A program made the translations under genes and the position numbers. Shown here one piece after another: positions 28,932 to 38,768 of a stretch of 64,000 nucleotides of DNA; the stretch's first letter is position 1; each line of letters opens with the position of its first letter. The notes beneath the pieces were generated by a model. That model did no database searches. It was not told the DNA's origin and saw only the letters and a list, made by a program, of their open reading frames with translations. The stretch spans positions 226,711 to 290,710 of the forward strand of contig CAITGV010000001.1 in assembly GCA_903892035.1 (NCBI GenBank). Reading direction: 5' to 3'. The stretch is from an uncultured bacterium (GTDB lineage: Bacteria; Patescibacteriota; Minisyncoccia; Phycocordibacterales; UBA9973).

Positions 28932-31394
28932 ATGAAAAAATCATCACAAAAAATCATTGCTGGAGTATTATCTGTAGTACTAATTGCTCAAGTTTTTTTT
29001 CTTATTCCAACAAAAACAGCACAAGCAATTTCAATCGATGACGCAGCAAAATCTTTAACTGGTGCAATCGTTGGCTGTGCAGTGGGTATTGGTCTTCAGG
29101 CAATTGGGGCAACCACGAGTACGGCAGAATCTGCGGCTGCGGCTGCGCTGAGTGTAAGTGTGGTTGATGTTGTTGGTAACGCTCATTTGGGTGCAGTTGC
29201 AGGTGGAACTGCAGCAATAACAAACGTCCAAACTTGTTTAAACGCACTCGGAAAAGCTGCGGCTCAATTGGTATTGAAAGAAATTACCGCTGAAACAGTA
29301 AACTGGATAAACAGCGGTTTCAAAGGTCAGCCTCTTTTTGTAAAAAATCCTGGTTCATTTTTCAAAAGCATTGCCGACGAAGAAATTGGAAAATTTAGCG
29401 TGACAATTTCTGACTCAACAAAATATCCATTTGGAAAAGATTTCTTGAAATCATATTTGCTCGCAGCAAAAGCTGGTTTTGCTGGCAACGCACAATATAG
29501 TCTCGACAAAGTTCTCGCACAAGGAAATGGGGGAGTCGACGTCCACGCGAGTTTGAAATTCGTCGATGGTGGCGACTTCACACAAGGTGGGTGGACTGGT
29601 TGGGAAGCACTAACCCAATCGCCACAAAATAACCCGATTGGTTTTGGACTTTTAGCTGGTGACCAGCTTGGTTTTCAACTTTCTGGCACAGTTCAGTCTC
29701 CTGCAGATGTAGTTCACAGCCAACTTAATCAAAGTTTAGGTTTTCTTACTCCATCTGTCTGCGTTGACCCAAGAAACTATGAAGACCCCTCAAAAGATAC
29801 GAGTTTTACATTATCATCTGCCACAGCTCAAGCATCCCAAGACTATTCTACAAGCACAGATTCATATGACCCAACACAAGCAGCAAAAGATTGGCTGGCA
29901 AAGCACGTTTGTAAACGTTGGGAAACAACTACTCCGGGTGGAGTCATTGCAAATCAAATTTCAGCAACACTCAATGTTCCAAAAGATTCACTGATAAATG
30001 CAAACGATCTAAATTCTGACATCCAGGCAATTATGGATGCACTTCTAAACCAACTTTTTGACAAAGGACTTTCTTCACTTACTGATACTTCTAGTAATAC
30101 AAAAGTTTATGACAATAACAACAGTACCGGCCAAGGAGATAACAGCAACTCCACAAATTCAAGCGGCTCAAGTTGGAATAACAACAATCCAGTTGGTCCA
30201 AATAGTTACGTCCAACAAAACCAAGGAAACAATCCTTATCCAAATTTTGTTTGGCCAGATGATTTACCAAAAGTAATAGCAGACCAAACTGCATATGTAG
30301 ATGCGCTAAAAAATCAAAATAAAACTACACATGACTTGATTCGTGAAATTTATGAATTAGACTTTTGTGTTCCTGGACCACATCCTGGTTGGGAAAATAA
30401 TTTTCAACAAGGCACACAAAGTATAATTAATTCTCTACAAAGTCAGGTACCACAAGGTTCAGGCGCAACCCAAGATGTGATGTTTCAAATAATTAGTGGT
30501 TTGTTTTATCAGGTTTTTGGAGTCCCTGCTCATTTCAATAGTACAACACCCCACGTCGGCCTTGCTGGACAAGATATTGTAAAAGCGTATATGAGCAGTA
30601 TAGACGACCAAAATGGAGATTTTGCTTTTCAAAATAATACTTCCATCGCACCAGATTCAAAAGCGTGGTTCAATAAAATTGATTCCTACAAACAAAAGAT
30701 TAATGATAACGAAAATTCAATTTTGACTTACAATTCACTTATTCGTAGATTGGGTTACTTGCAGGACGAAGCAAAAGTACAAACTGATATAATTAAACAA
30801 TATGGTGGCCCACAAACTGGTCCAACAAATCCAAATATAAGTATGTCACCACAAGTTGATGCAGCACAACAGCAACTTGCTGTACTAAATAAAACCTTCA
30901 ATCGTATATATAAAGAGCTTGTAAATTCGGACATTGTAAAACAAGCAAATGACGAAACTCAGGGAATGATAGACGATATTGCAGATATTTCAAGTAGCTC
31001 TCGACCAGATTCTCTATTAAGTATTTGTATTAAAGAAACAATACCTACCTCTTCTAACCCTACTACTTACGTAGTACATCCATTTCGAACACCCTACATA
31101 GATACAACAAATCCAGATATTGATGCCCAGCATTGGGTTCACCCTGCAACAGTTTCATTTAATCATTTGACGTTCTACTATCCTACAATTTCTACTTTTT
31201 TGCCTTATTATTATATGTATACTTACCAACCAATAAACAGTGACCCAAATTTACACGCAATTAGTGTTGGTAGTAACACAAACTTTAATGATACAAGCAA
31301 CAATATGCCATACGGGCCAATTGGTCCAGATCTTTTGACTGGTCCACACAGAACAGGATTCAGCATTCTGGAACAAAAAACAGGTACTTGGTAA
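28932..31394 (+). CDS. Large secreted or membrane protein of the T4SS-like locus
   Basis: Signal peptide, TVNWINSGFKGQPLFV, GGWTGW..L..PQNNP and TPGGVI motifs. Confidence 0.75.
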   Translation: MKKSSQKIIAGVLSVVLIAQVFFLIPTKTAQAISIDDAAKSLTGAIVGCAVGIGLQAIGATTSTAESAAAAALSVSVVDVVGNAHLGAVAGGTAAITNVQTCLNALGKAAAQLVLKEITAETVNWINSGFKGQPLFVKNPGSFFKSIADEEIGKFSVTISDSTKYPFGKDFLKSYLLAAKAGFAGNAQYSLDKVLAQGNGGVDVHASLKFVDGGDFTQGGWTGWEALTQSPQNNPIGFGLLAGDQLGFQLSGTVQSPADVVHSQLNQSLGFLTPSVCVDPRNYEDPSKDTSFTLSSATAQASQDYSTSTDSYDPTQAAKDWLAKHVCKRWETTTPGGVIANQISATLNVPKDSLINANDLNSDIQAIMDALLNQLFDKGLSSLTDTSSNTKVYDNNNSTGQGDNSNSTNSSGSSWNNNNPVGPNSYVQQNQGNNPYPNFVWPDDLPKVIADQTAYVDALKNQNKTTHDLIREIYELDFCVPGPHPGWENNFQQGTQSIINSLQSQVPQGSGATQDVMFQIISGLFYQVFGVPAHFNSTTPHVGLAGQDIVKAYMSSIDDQNGDFAFQNNTSIAPDSKAWFNKIDSYKQKINDNENSILTYNSLIRRLGYLQDEAKVQTDIIKQYGGPQTGPTNPNISMSPQVDAAQQQLAVLNKTFNRIYKELVNSDIVKQANDETQGMIDDIADISSSSRPDSLLSICIKETIPTSSNPTTYVVHPFRTPYIDTTNPDIDAQHWVHPATVSFNHLTFYYPTISTFLPYYYMYTYQPINSDPNLHAISVGSNTNFNDTSNNMPYGPIGPDLLTGPHRTGFSILEQKTGTW

Positions 31395-31473
31395 TTCTCC
31401 ACACTCTCGCATAAATAAATAGCACTTTATTTCATTTTGTGTGATAAAATAAAATAGTTATACGCGGGTGCAT

Positions 31474-34400
31474 ATGAAAAAAAAGAATTTCATACAAAAA
31501 ATATTGATTGGCTTCATGCTCTGCGTGATTCTTCTCGCGCCTGTTTCTTTGTCTTTAAATAAAAATGATATAAAGAATTTTCTGGGAGGAAATAGAGCCG
31601 AAGCAGCAACGACACCAAATGCCATTCATGCGTCAAAATGGTATTACGTAAGTGATATTTCAGCTACAAGTGTAGGGAATACATCACTTACTTTAAAATT
31701 TAGTTTTAAAAAAATTGATAAATTAAGCATAGCTGTTGAAAGCTACGCAATATTAGTTTCTGTAAATGATGCAAACAATTTTACTACAACAAATGGGATA
31801 TCAACGGTAATTGCTGACGTTGAACCAACAACACAAAGTTGGGCAGATTCACCTGACACAATACCCGACCAAACTGCTACTTTTAATGACTTTTTCCCAG
31901 TAAGAGCACCTACTGACTATTACTTAAAAGCCAAATCAAATCAAACGGTAGGTTTTTTGCTTGGAAATATGGGTCTTTATTCTGATCCAATAAAAGTAAC
32001 CACCTTAGATAAAAACAACTCAATAGACCAACAAAATCAAAATGATCCAAATGCACTAAATTTAACTAATCCTGATCAAATTGATGTAAGTAATGACTTT
32101 AGTTGTGGATTTATTTCTAAAGATTCAAGCATACTGGGTTGTGTTGTTAAAATTACCTATTATGTTGTTTTTGTGCCTGCATCATGGGTATTTGAGTTAA
32201 CTGGAAAATTGTTTGATTTCTTTATTGGATACAGCTTGGACAGTAAATCTTACAGCGGATCAAGCATGATAACTGAAGGTTGGAAAATTGTTCGTGACAT
32301 TTCAAATATATTTTTTATATTTATTTTACTTTACGTTGCCATTGCAACAATTTTAGACTTACATGGTTTTGAAGCAAAGAAAATGATTGGTACTGTGGTC
32401 GTAATTGCAGTATTAATTAACTTTTCATTGTTTTTTACTCAAGTAATTATTGATACAGGAAACATTGCTGCTCGGGTTTTTTATAATGGAATTACAGTAA
32501 ATGGTCCAGACGGAACAGAGCTCAACTCAACTAATGGAAAACAACTTTCTGTTGCAATTGTAAATCAGTTTAAACCTCAGAAAATGTTTAATAAAACATT
32601 ACTAAACGAAAGCACCAGCATAAAGGATAGTAGCGGTAATATTGCGCAATTGGGTACTTCCGGTTATCAGGGATTTTTCATAATTATTACATTAATCGCA
32701 GCAGCAATTTGTTTACTTGGTGCTTACACATTCTTTATGTCTGCTTTTATCTTTCTCGGACGTGTGATTCAACTATGGATTTCAATGATATTCGCCCCTT
32801 TTGCTTTTGTTTCATATGTTGTTCCTGGCGCAAAAGGCATGAAGGGAATTGGTGCAGACTCTTGGTGGAAAGATTTACTTGGAAATGCATTTTTGGCACC
32901 AATTTTTATATTCTTCATTTATTTAATTATTCGATTTTTGAAAATAATCACGATCATTAACATTAGTAACGACGCATCACTTATGAGTATTGTGATGTCA
33001 ATCGTTATTCCTCTCTTAATTATAACTTTCCTTTTGATCAAAGCTCGTAAGATTGCCGAGAGTTTGGCGGGGGACATCGGTGGATATATGGTTACAGCGG
33101 CAAAAGCTGTGGGTGGCACTATTGTTGGAGCATCGATGGGTATTGCAGCTGTGGCTGGAAGGCAGACTGTGGGAAGAGGAGCAAACTGGCTTTCAAGCAA
33201 TAAAACTCTTGCAGAATGGTCATCTGGTAAAAAAGGTTGGGTAGCGCAAGCTCTTGCAAAACCTTTGTCATCGAAAGTAAATACACTTTCAAAATCAAGC
33301 TTTGATGTTCGTAATAGTGCTGGTGGCCAACAAGTTTCATCTCTCACTGGCTTTAACTTAAATAATGCAGGGACAAAATTTGCAACACTCGATACTGCAA
33401 ATACTGCTGGTGGTTGGGTAGGTAAACAGGCTCGCCAAGCTCAAAAAGAAAAAGAAATTGCCGAAAATCTAAACAAAGGTTACGACAAGGCTTTGTTTGA
33501 ACAACAAGATGAAGAAGTCCACCACAGAGAAGAAAAAATTCATGAGAAAGAAGAAGAAATTGCTGCAAAAACACTTAGTAGAGACCAGTTTACAAGAGGT
33601 ACACCACAATGGGAAGAAAATAATAAAGAATTGGCATTAATGAAACAAAATCTTTCAGTATTAAAAACTGGAGGGGTTATGAGAAAATATGTTGAAAAGG
33701 ATGAAATTGATCCTAATACAGGAGAAAAAACAGGTAATAAAATTAAAGTACTCGAAAATGAAAAAGATGCCGATGGTAAAGACAAAAAAACTGATGGCCT
33801 ATCAAAGATGCAGGGTGACCTTGCTAGAATTAAAACTGCACCGGAGACAGAATACTATGCAAATAAGCGTCGTGAATCTGGCCAGGTATTTATGGACGAC
33901 GAGCGTGACAAAAATGGAAACATTAAAAGATTTGGCAGACGCGTCACAGCAAACAATGCAGCTGCATATGAAACAGAAAGACTTACAAAGGATATAAGAA
34001 AACTCAATAACGAAATCGAAACAAGAAGAACAAAAAATCCAAATGATCCGAAAATCAAAGAGTTTGGTGAAAAAGTAACAGATTACGAAAAGAAAATTGG
34101 GGTATTACAATCTGAAAAAACTCTGGTTGATACTTTCCACAAAGATGCTTCGCAAGCAAAAAATAATGTTGCTTCACTAACAAAAGAAATACAAACACTA
34201 TATAAAAAAGGTGATCTAACAACTGCAGATAGAGCAACTATTGCTGAAAAGGAAGCTAAAATTAAAAACGAAACCGCAAAACTTACACCAAATGACGCAG
34301 TTAGTAAGGCAATGAAAAACCAAAAAGACTTAATTGGTGATATTAACTTCAAACAAGGAATGAAACAAATTGGAAAAGAAGCTGTTAAAGGATTCTTTGC

Positions 34401-34725
34401 TGGAGTTACTGATTGGCGTTCATGGGCTACTGCAACAGTCGGTTCAGCTATGGGTAAAAGTTTTGCAAAAGTATTGCTTGGAACTGGGGGTGGGGCTTTC
34501 GAATCAGTAAAACGCGTACTTATGGACTATAGTGGAAGAATGAATCAAGATATTGCAAAAGCGGCGGCGGCGAAGTTTGGAAAGTCTACATATGAAGCTC
34601 CGTCTGGAGGAGGTCACGGAGGTGGTGGACACGATGACCATCATGAAGAAGCACACGCTCCAGCATCAAATGGACACGGAGCAGGAGGTCACGATGATCA
34701 CGGTGGGGGAGGAAATAAACATTAG
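31474..34725 (+). CDS. VirB6/TrbL-like polytopic membrane protein with long coiled-coil and His-rich tail
   Basis: GWKIVRDISNIFFIFILLYVAIATIL, LINFSLFF.QVIID.GN, GRVIQLW..MIFAPFAF; about 8 TMs. Confidence 0.75.
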   Translation: MKKKNFIQKILIGFMLCVILLAPVSLSLNKNDIKNFLGGNRAEAATTPNAIHASKWYYVSDISATSVGNTSLTLKFSFKKIDKLSIAVESYAILVSVNDANNFTTTNGISTVIADVEPTTQSWADSPDTIPDQTATFNDFFPVRAPTDYYLKAKSNQTVGFLLGNMGLYSDPIKVTTLDKNNSIDQQNQNDPNALNLTNPDQIDVSNDFSCGFISKDSSILGCVVKITYYVVFVPASWVFELTGKLFDFFIGYSLDSKSYSGSSMITEGWKIVRDISNIFFIFILLYVAIATILDLHGFEAKKMIGTVVVIAVLINFSLFFTQVIIDTGNIAARVFYNGITVNGPDGTELNSTNGKQLSVAIVNQFKPQKMFNKTLLNESTSIKDSSGNIAQLGTSGYQGFFIIITLIAAAICLLGAYTFFMSAFIFLGRVIQLWISMIFAPFAFVSYVVPGAKGMKGIGADSWWKDLLGNAFLAPIFIFFIYLIIRFLKIITIINISNDASLMSIVMSIVIPLLIITFLLIKARKIAESLAGDIGGYMVTAAKAVGGTIVGASMGIAAVAGRQTVGRGANWLSSNKTLAEWSSGKKGWVAQALAKPLSSKVNTLSKSSFDVRNSAGGQQVSSLTGFNLNNAGTKFATLDTANTAGGWVGKQARQAQKEKEIAENLNKGYDKALFEQQDEEVHHREEKIHEKEEEIAAKTLSRDQFTRGTPQWEENNKELALMKQNLSVLKTGGVMRKYVEKDEIDPNTGEKTGNKIKVLENEKDADGKDKKTDGLSKMQGDLARIKTAPETEYYANKRRESGQVFMDDERDKNGNIKRFGRRVTANNAAAYETERLTKDIRKLNNEIETRRTKNPNDPKIKEFGEKVTDYEKKIGVLQSEKTLVDTFHKDASQAKNNVASLTKEIQTLYKKGDLTTADRATIAEKEAKIKNETAKLTPNDAVSKAMKNQKDLIGDINFKQGMKQIGKEAVKGFFAGVTDWRSWATATVGSAMGKSFAKVLLGTGGGAFESVKRVLMDYSGRMNQDIAKAAAAKFGKSTYEAPSGGGHGGGGHDDHHEEAHAPASNGHGAGGHDDHGGGGNKH

Positions 34726-34740
34726 AAATTGTTGAATTTT

Positions 34741-34773
34741 TCCCTCTCATTTCAGGAGAGGGTCAGGGTTAGG
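34741..34773. repeat. Single CCCTCTC-N-GAGAGGG palindromic unit
   Basis: tccctctcatttcaggagagggtcagggttagg. Confidence 0.65.
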
Positions 34774-34811
34774 TAAGATAGTTTGAATTTAATTTATGTT
34801 ACAATAAATAT

Positions 34812-35615
34812 ATGGACAAAGAAAAAGTAATGCAAAGAATAAAAGAAGCTTATGAAATTTTGCCTGAAGATATTCAGAAGGCAATTATGGATTCAAGCTA
34901 TCAAGAAACTCTTACTGACATTGCAAAAAATAATAAACTTACTTACGAGCAACTTGGAAGTTTGGAAATGCAAACTACAATGGTAATGCTCGGTCTCACG
35001 CACCCAAATAGTTTCCGCCACGACCTAGGCGAAGATTTGGAAATTAAAGACCAAGAACTCTTGAAAAAAATTGTTGAAGAAGTGAATGAAAGAATATTTA
35101 AAAATATTCGTGAATCACTCCAAGCAATACATGAAGTAAATGAATCTGACACCGACGACGACAATGAAACTTTTTGGAAAGTTGGTCACGAAAATGAAAA
35201 AGTGCCAGGCGATGGGGAAGATGAAGAGGAAATCACCTCTCCCCAACCCTCTCCTTATAAAGGAGAGGGAGCCCAACCCGCAGTTTCCCCCCTCATTAAT
35301 AAGGAGGGGGGTCAGGGGGGAGGTTCTTCTGACATCTTCAAAAAATCCGGCATTGAATTTATAAACCCCGTAGTAAAAGTTCCAACCCCAATTCCACAAC
35401 CGACAGATACCGAAAGAAATAAAATATTAAGTGGTGTAGAAAACCCTATCGCTGGAACATCGGCAATGAATGTCCCACCCAAAGAAAGTATTTTAGAAAA
35501 AAAACTTACAACTTCTTTTGGTTTGCCAAAAGTTGAAAGTGATCATACTGTTCCGAATATCACAAAAGCTGAAGATAAAAAAGTAAGTAGTGATCCGTAT
35601 CGAGAAGCAATCTAA
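34812..35615 (+). CDS. Hypothetical protein of the T4SS-like locus (helical N-terminus, disordered tail, DPYRE terminus)
   Basis: LPEDIQKAI, MVMLGLTHP and terminal DPYRE; TAATG overlap with the PrgI gene. Confidence 0.7.
   Translation: MDKEKVMQRIKEAYEILPEDIQKAIMDSSYQETLTDIAKNNKLTYEQLGSLEMQTTMVMLGLTHPNSFRHDLGEDLEIKDQELLKKIVEEVNERIFKNIRESLQAIHEVNESDTDDDNETFWKVGHENEKVPGDGEDEEEITSPQPSPYKGEGAQPAVSPLINKEGGQGGGSSDIFKKSGIEFINPVVKVPTPIPQPTDTERNKILSGVENPIAGTSAMNVPPKESILEKKLTTSFGLPKVESDHTVPNITKAEDKKVSSDPYREAI
35234..35322. repeat. Palindromic repeat pair inserted in-frame
   Basis: cacctctccccaaccctctccttataaaggagaggg...cccccctcattaataaggagggggg, encoding TSPQPSPYKGEG...SPLINKEGGQGG. Confidence 0.85.
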
Positions 35616-36025
35616 TGCAATTCAAAGTTCCACAATTTATCGATGTTGAAGACAAGATTTTTGGGCCTTTCAGCTTCAAGGAATTTGCTTACATAGTCGG
35701 AGGCCTAGGTGCTTCATATGTAGTTTATAAAATAATGCCTTTAATTTTAGGTATTTTTCTTATAATCCCCATTCTTGCTCTTGCTGGGGCTCTGACATTT
35801 ATAAAAATCAACAATAGACCATTTATCGATATTCTTCAGTCGGCTTTTCAATACGCATTTCAAGATAAACTTTATGTTTGGAAAAAAGCTCAAAAGAAAA
35901 AGAAAAAAGTTGAAGAGGTGGTCGCAACAGAAAGTTTGGTTCCACGTTTATCTGAAAGTAAATTGAAAGATTTATCTTGGAGTTTAGATGTTTTGGATGC
36001 AAGAAAAAATAGTACTCCAAAATGA
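35615..36025 (+). CDS. PrgI family (VirB3-like) membrane protein
   Basis: MQFKVPQFIDVEDKIFGPFSFKEF, two TMs, KINNRPF. Confidence 0.85.
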   Translation: MQFKVPQFIDVEDKIFGPFSFKEFAYIVGGLGASYVVYKIMPLILGIFLIIPILALAGALTFIKINNRPFIDILQSAFQYAFQDKLYVWKKAQKKKKKVEEVVATESLVPRLSESKLKDLSWSLDVLDARKNSTPK

Positions 36026-36100
36026 AATATTTATAAAAAAAGTCCTCGGGTCTCCTCATCTACGATTCGGCCAGACATTTTTTTATTAACATTTCATTTT
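36019..36100. repeat. Structured hairpin element with GTCCTCGG...CCAGAC core, copy 2
   Basis: aaaatgaaatatttataaaaaaagtc pairs with gacatttttttattaacatttcatttt. Confidence 0.65.
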
Positions 36101-36137
36101 TACGTACAAAGTCACATAACAATGATATAATAAATTT

Positions 36138-36827
36138 ATGGCAGTTAATGCAAAATCGACACAAGGATTTGTACCAATAAAAGAAGTACGCGATGGCATA
36201 GTAATCCTCAAAGATGGGGGAGTGCGCGCAATTCTTATGGCTTCTTCTGTAAACCTTTCACTAAAATCTGCCGATGAACAACGCGCGACAATTGCACAAT
36301 TTCAATCCTTTTTAAATTCTCTAGAATTTTCTACACAAATTGTTATTCAATCTCGCCGTCTAGACATCCGCCCATACCTTTTAACCCTAGAAACTAGAAT
36401 GAAGGATCAACTTGAACCATTGTTAAAAGTTCAAACTCGTGAATATATTGAATTTATCCGTTCATTCACAGAACAAGTAAATATAATGACAAAAAACTTT
36501 TTTATAGTTGTCCCATATTCAACTCCTGCAATTTCACCAGAGGGTGGAATAATGCAATTCTTAGGAATGTCGAAAAAATCTGGCAAAACAGGGGACAAAA
36601 AAGGTGATGCTTTGATTGATTTCGAAGAAAAAAGAAGCCAACTCGAACAACGCACAAGCATTGTTTCCGACGGTCTTTCAAGAATTGGAGTACGGACGGT
36701 GATGCTCGGCACAGAAGAAGTGATAGAATTGTTTTATAAGACTTTCAATCCAGGCGACACGAGTCAGGGTGTAGCACTGCCAGGAAAAGAAAGTGAGGGT
36801 GACGCAAATAAACAACCAAAACAATAA
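36138..36827 (+). CDS. Protein resembling the VirB4/TraC N-terminal domain
   Basis: EVRDGIVILKDG, NLSLKSADEQ, QSFLNSL and KNFFIVVPY; lies between the PrgI and VirB4 genes. Confidence 0.75.
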   Translation: MAVNAKSTQGFVPIKEVRDGIVILKDGGVRAILMASSVNLSLKSADEQRATIAQFQSFLNSLEFSTQIVIQSRRLDIRPYLLTLETRMKDQLEPLLKVQTREYIEFIRSFTEQVNIMTKNFFIVVPYSTPAISPEGGIMQFLGMSKKSGKTGDKKGDALIDFEEKRSQLEQRTSIVSDGLSRIGVRTVMLGTEEVIELFYKTFNPGDTSQGVALPGKESEGDANKQPKQ

Positions 36828-36828
36828 T

Positions 36829-38667
36829 ATGAGCATAATAGACGATTTGTTTGGAAAAAAAAATACGAAGGTTGGAACAGACAAACAAGTCCTGCCTGTT
36901 TTGCCGTCTGAAATTTACGAAGCAGCAACTCTAGACTTCCAAGACATCATAGCTCCCTCTGCTTTGCGTGTTGAACCAAAAGCACTAAATCTTGGAGAAA
37001 AATTGGCGCGCACTTATTTTGTCATTTCTTACCCTCGATATCTTACAGACAATTGGTTTTCACCAATCATCAATCTCGATAAAATTTTTGATGTTTCAAT
37101 TTTTATTCACCCGATAGATACAGCAGTAGTATTAAGGCAATTTCAAAAAAAAGTTGCCGAAGTTCAAAGCCAAATAAACGAACGTTCAAAAAAGGGTCTG
37201 GTGCGCGACCCAATGCTCGACACTGCATACCAAGACTTGGAAGGCCTGCGCAACAATTTAATGCAAGCTCAAGAAAAAATGTTTGACGTCGGACTCTACA
37301 TCACAATGTATGCTGACAATGAAAATGAACTTTTCAAAATTGAAAACGAAATCAAATCAATTTTAGAATCTCGCCTAGTATATTTTAAACCAGCTCTCTT
37401 CCAGCAAGAAGAAGCTTTCAAGAGCGTAATGCCGACTGGCACCGACCTCCTAAATATTCACCAAAAATTAAATTCTGAACCACTCTCATCAATTTTTCCT
37501 TTCGTTTCTTTTGACCTCACTTCGGATAAAGGAATTCTTTACGGCGTGAATCGCCACAATTCTAGTCTTGTTATTTTTGATCGTTTCTCTTTGGAAAATT
37601 ACAACTCTATCACTTTTGCAAAATCTGGTTCTGGAAAATCATACGCTACAAAATTGGAAATCATTCGTACATTAATGTTTGATACAGAGGTAATAGTTAT
37701 CGACCCCGAGCGTGAATACGAATACCTTGCAGAAGCCATCGGTGGAAGATATTTCAATATCTCTCTTTCTTCAGATCACCATATCAACCCTTTTGATTTG
37801 CCAATACCAAGAAGTGATGAAAATCCTGCGGACATTTTGCGTTCAAATATCATAAACCTCGTCGGTCTTTTCCGTATTATGCTCGGAGGCTTAACTCCTG
37901 AAGAAGATTCAATTATCGATCGCGCAATCAGTGAAACTTACGCGCTTAAAGATATTTCAGCAGAATCAGATTTTTCAAATATCGAGCCACCACTTTTGTC
38001 TGATTTCGAAATGGTTCTATCTGGAATGGAGGGGAGTGAGTCTATTATTCAACGTCTTACAAAATACACTCGTGGCACGTGGTCTACTTTCATAAACCAG
38101 CCTTCAAATGTGGATATAAATCGTAAATTTGTCGTTTTCTCTGTACGTGATATGGAAGACGAGCTAAAACCAGTGGCAATGTACATAGTCACTCACTTTA
38201 TCTGGAATGCTGTTCGCAAAAACTTAAAAAAGAGGCTTCTTGTTGTGGATGAGGCATGGTGGATGATGAAATCTGACGACACAGCCTCTTTCCTTTACTC
38301 AATTGCAAAACGAGGCCGTAAATATTTCCTTGGTCTTGCGACAATTACCCAAGACGTCGGCGACTTTATGAAAAGCCCGTACGGTGTGCCAATTGTCACA
38401 AACTCTTCAATTCAAATGCTTTTAAAACAATCACCTTCGACTATCGACCTACTACAAAAGACCTTTAACCTTACAGATGAAGAAAAATATCTACTCCTTG
38501 AGTCAAATGTGGGGGAGGGCATATTCTTTGCGGGACTCAAACACGTTGCAATTAAAATTATTTCATCATATACGGAAGACCAAATTATTACTTCCGACCC
38601 ATCGCAGGTTTTAGCAATAAAAAAAGCAAAGGATGATTTGGCGGCAAGTGAATCTGGGCAGAAATAA
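36829..38667 (+). CDS. VirB4-like T4SS ATPase
   Basis: Walker A AKSGSGKS, VIDPEREY, INPFD, Walker B VVDEAW, KRGRKY and ITQD; start moved to ATG 36829. Confidence 0.9.
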   Translation: MSIIDDLFGKKNTKVGTDKQVLPVLPSEIYEAATLDFQDIIAPSALRVEPKALNLGEKLARTYFVISYPRYLTDNWFSPIINLDKIFDVSIFIHPIDTAVVLRQFQKKVAEVQSQINERSKKGLVRDPMLDTAYQDLEGLRNNLMQAQEKMFDVGLYITMYADNENELFKIENEIKSILESRLVYFKPALFQQEEAFKSVMPTGTDLLNIHQKLNSEPLSSIFPFVSFDLTSDKGILYGVNRHNSSLVIFDRFSLENYNSITFAKSGSGKSYATKLEIIRTLMFDTEVIVIDPEREYEYLAEAIGGRYFNISLSSDHHINPFDLPIPRSDENPADILRSNIINLVGLFRIMLGGLTPEEDSIIDRAISETYALKDISAESDFSNIEPPLLSDFEMVLSGMEGSESIIQRLTKYTRGTWSTFINQPSNVDINRKFVVFSVRDMEDELKPVAMYIVTHFIWNAVRKNLKKRLLVVDEAWWMMKSDDTASFLYSIAKRGRKYFLGLATITQDVGDFMKSPYGVPIVTNSSIQMLLKQSPSTIDLLQKTFNLTDEEKYLLLESNVGEGIFFAGLKHVAIKIISSYTEDQIITSDPSQVLAIKKAKDDLAASESGQK

Positions 38668-38671
38668 AAAT

Positions 38672-38738
38672 TATACCACCCCCGATTCGATTACGAATCT
38701 CCCCCTCCTAAATTAGGAGGGGGTAAAGGGGGTGGTAT
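38672..38738. repeat. 67-bp palindromic element, copy 3
   Basis: Same terminal inverted repeat and ccccctcctaaattaggaggggg hairpin as copy 1; the side hairpin has a different sequence. Confidence 0.9.
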
Positions 38739-38768
38739 CTTGTACATATTTTTACTATAATATAAACA

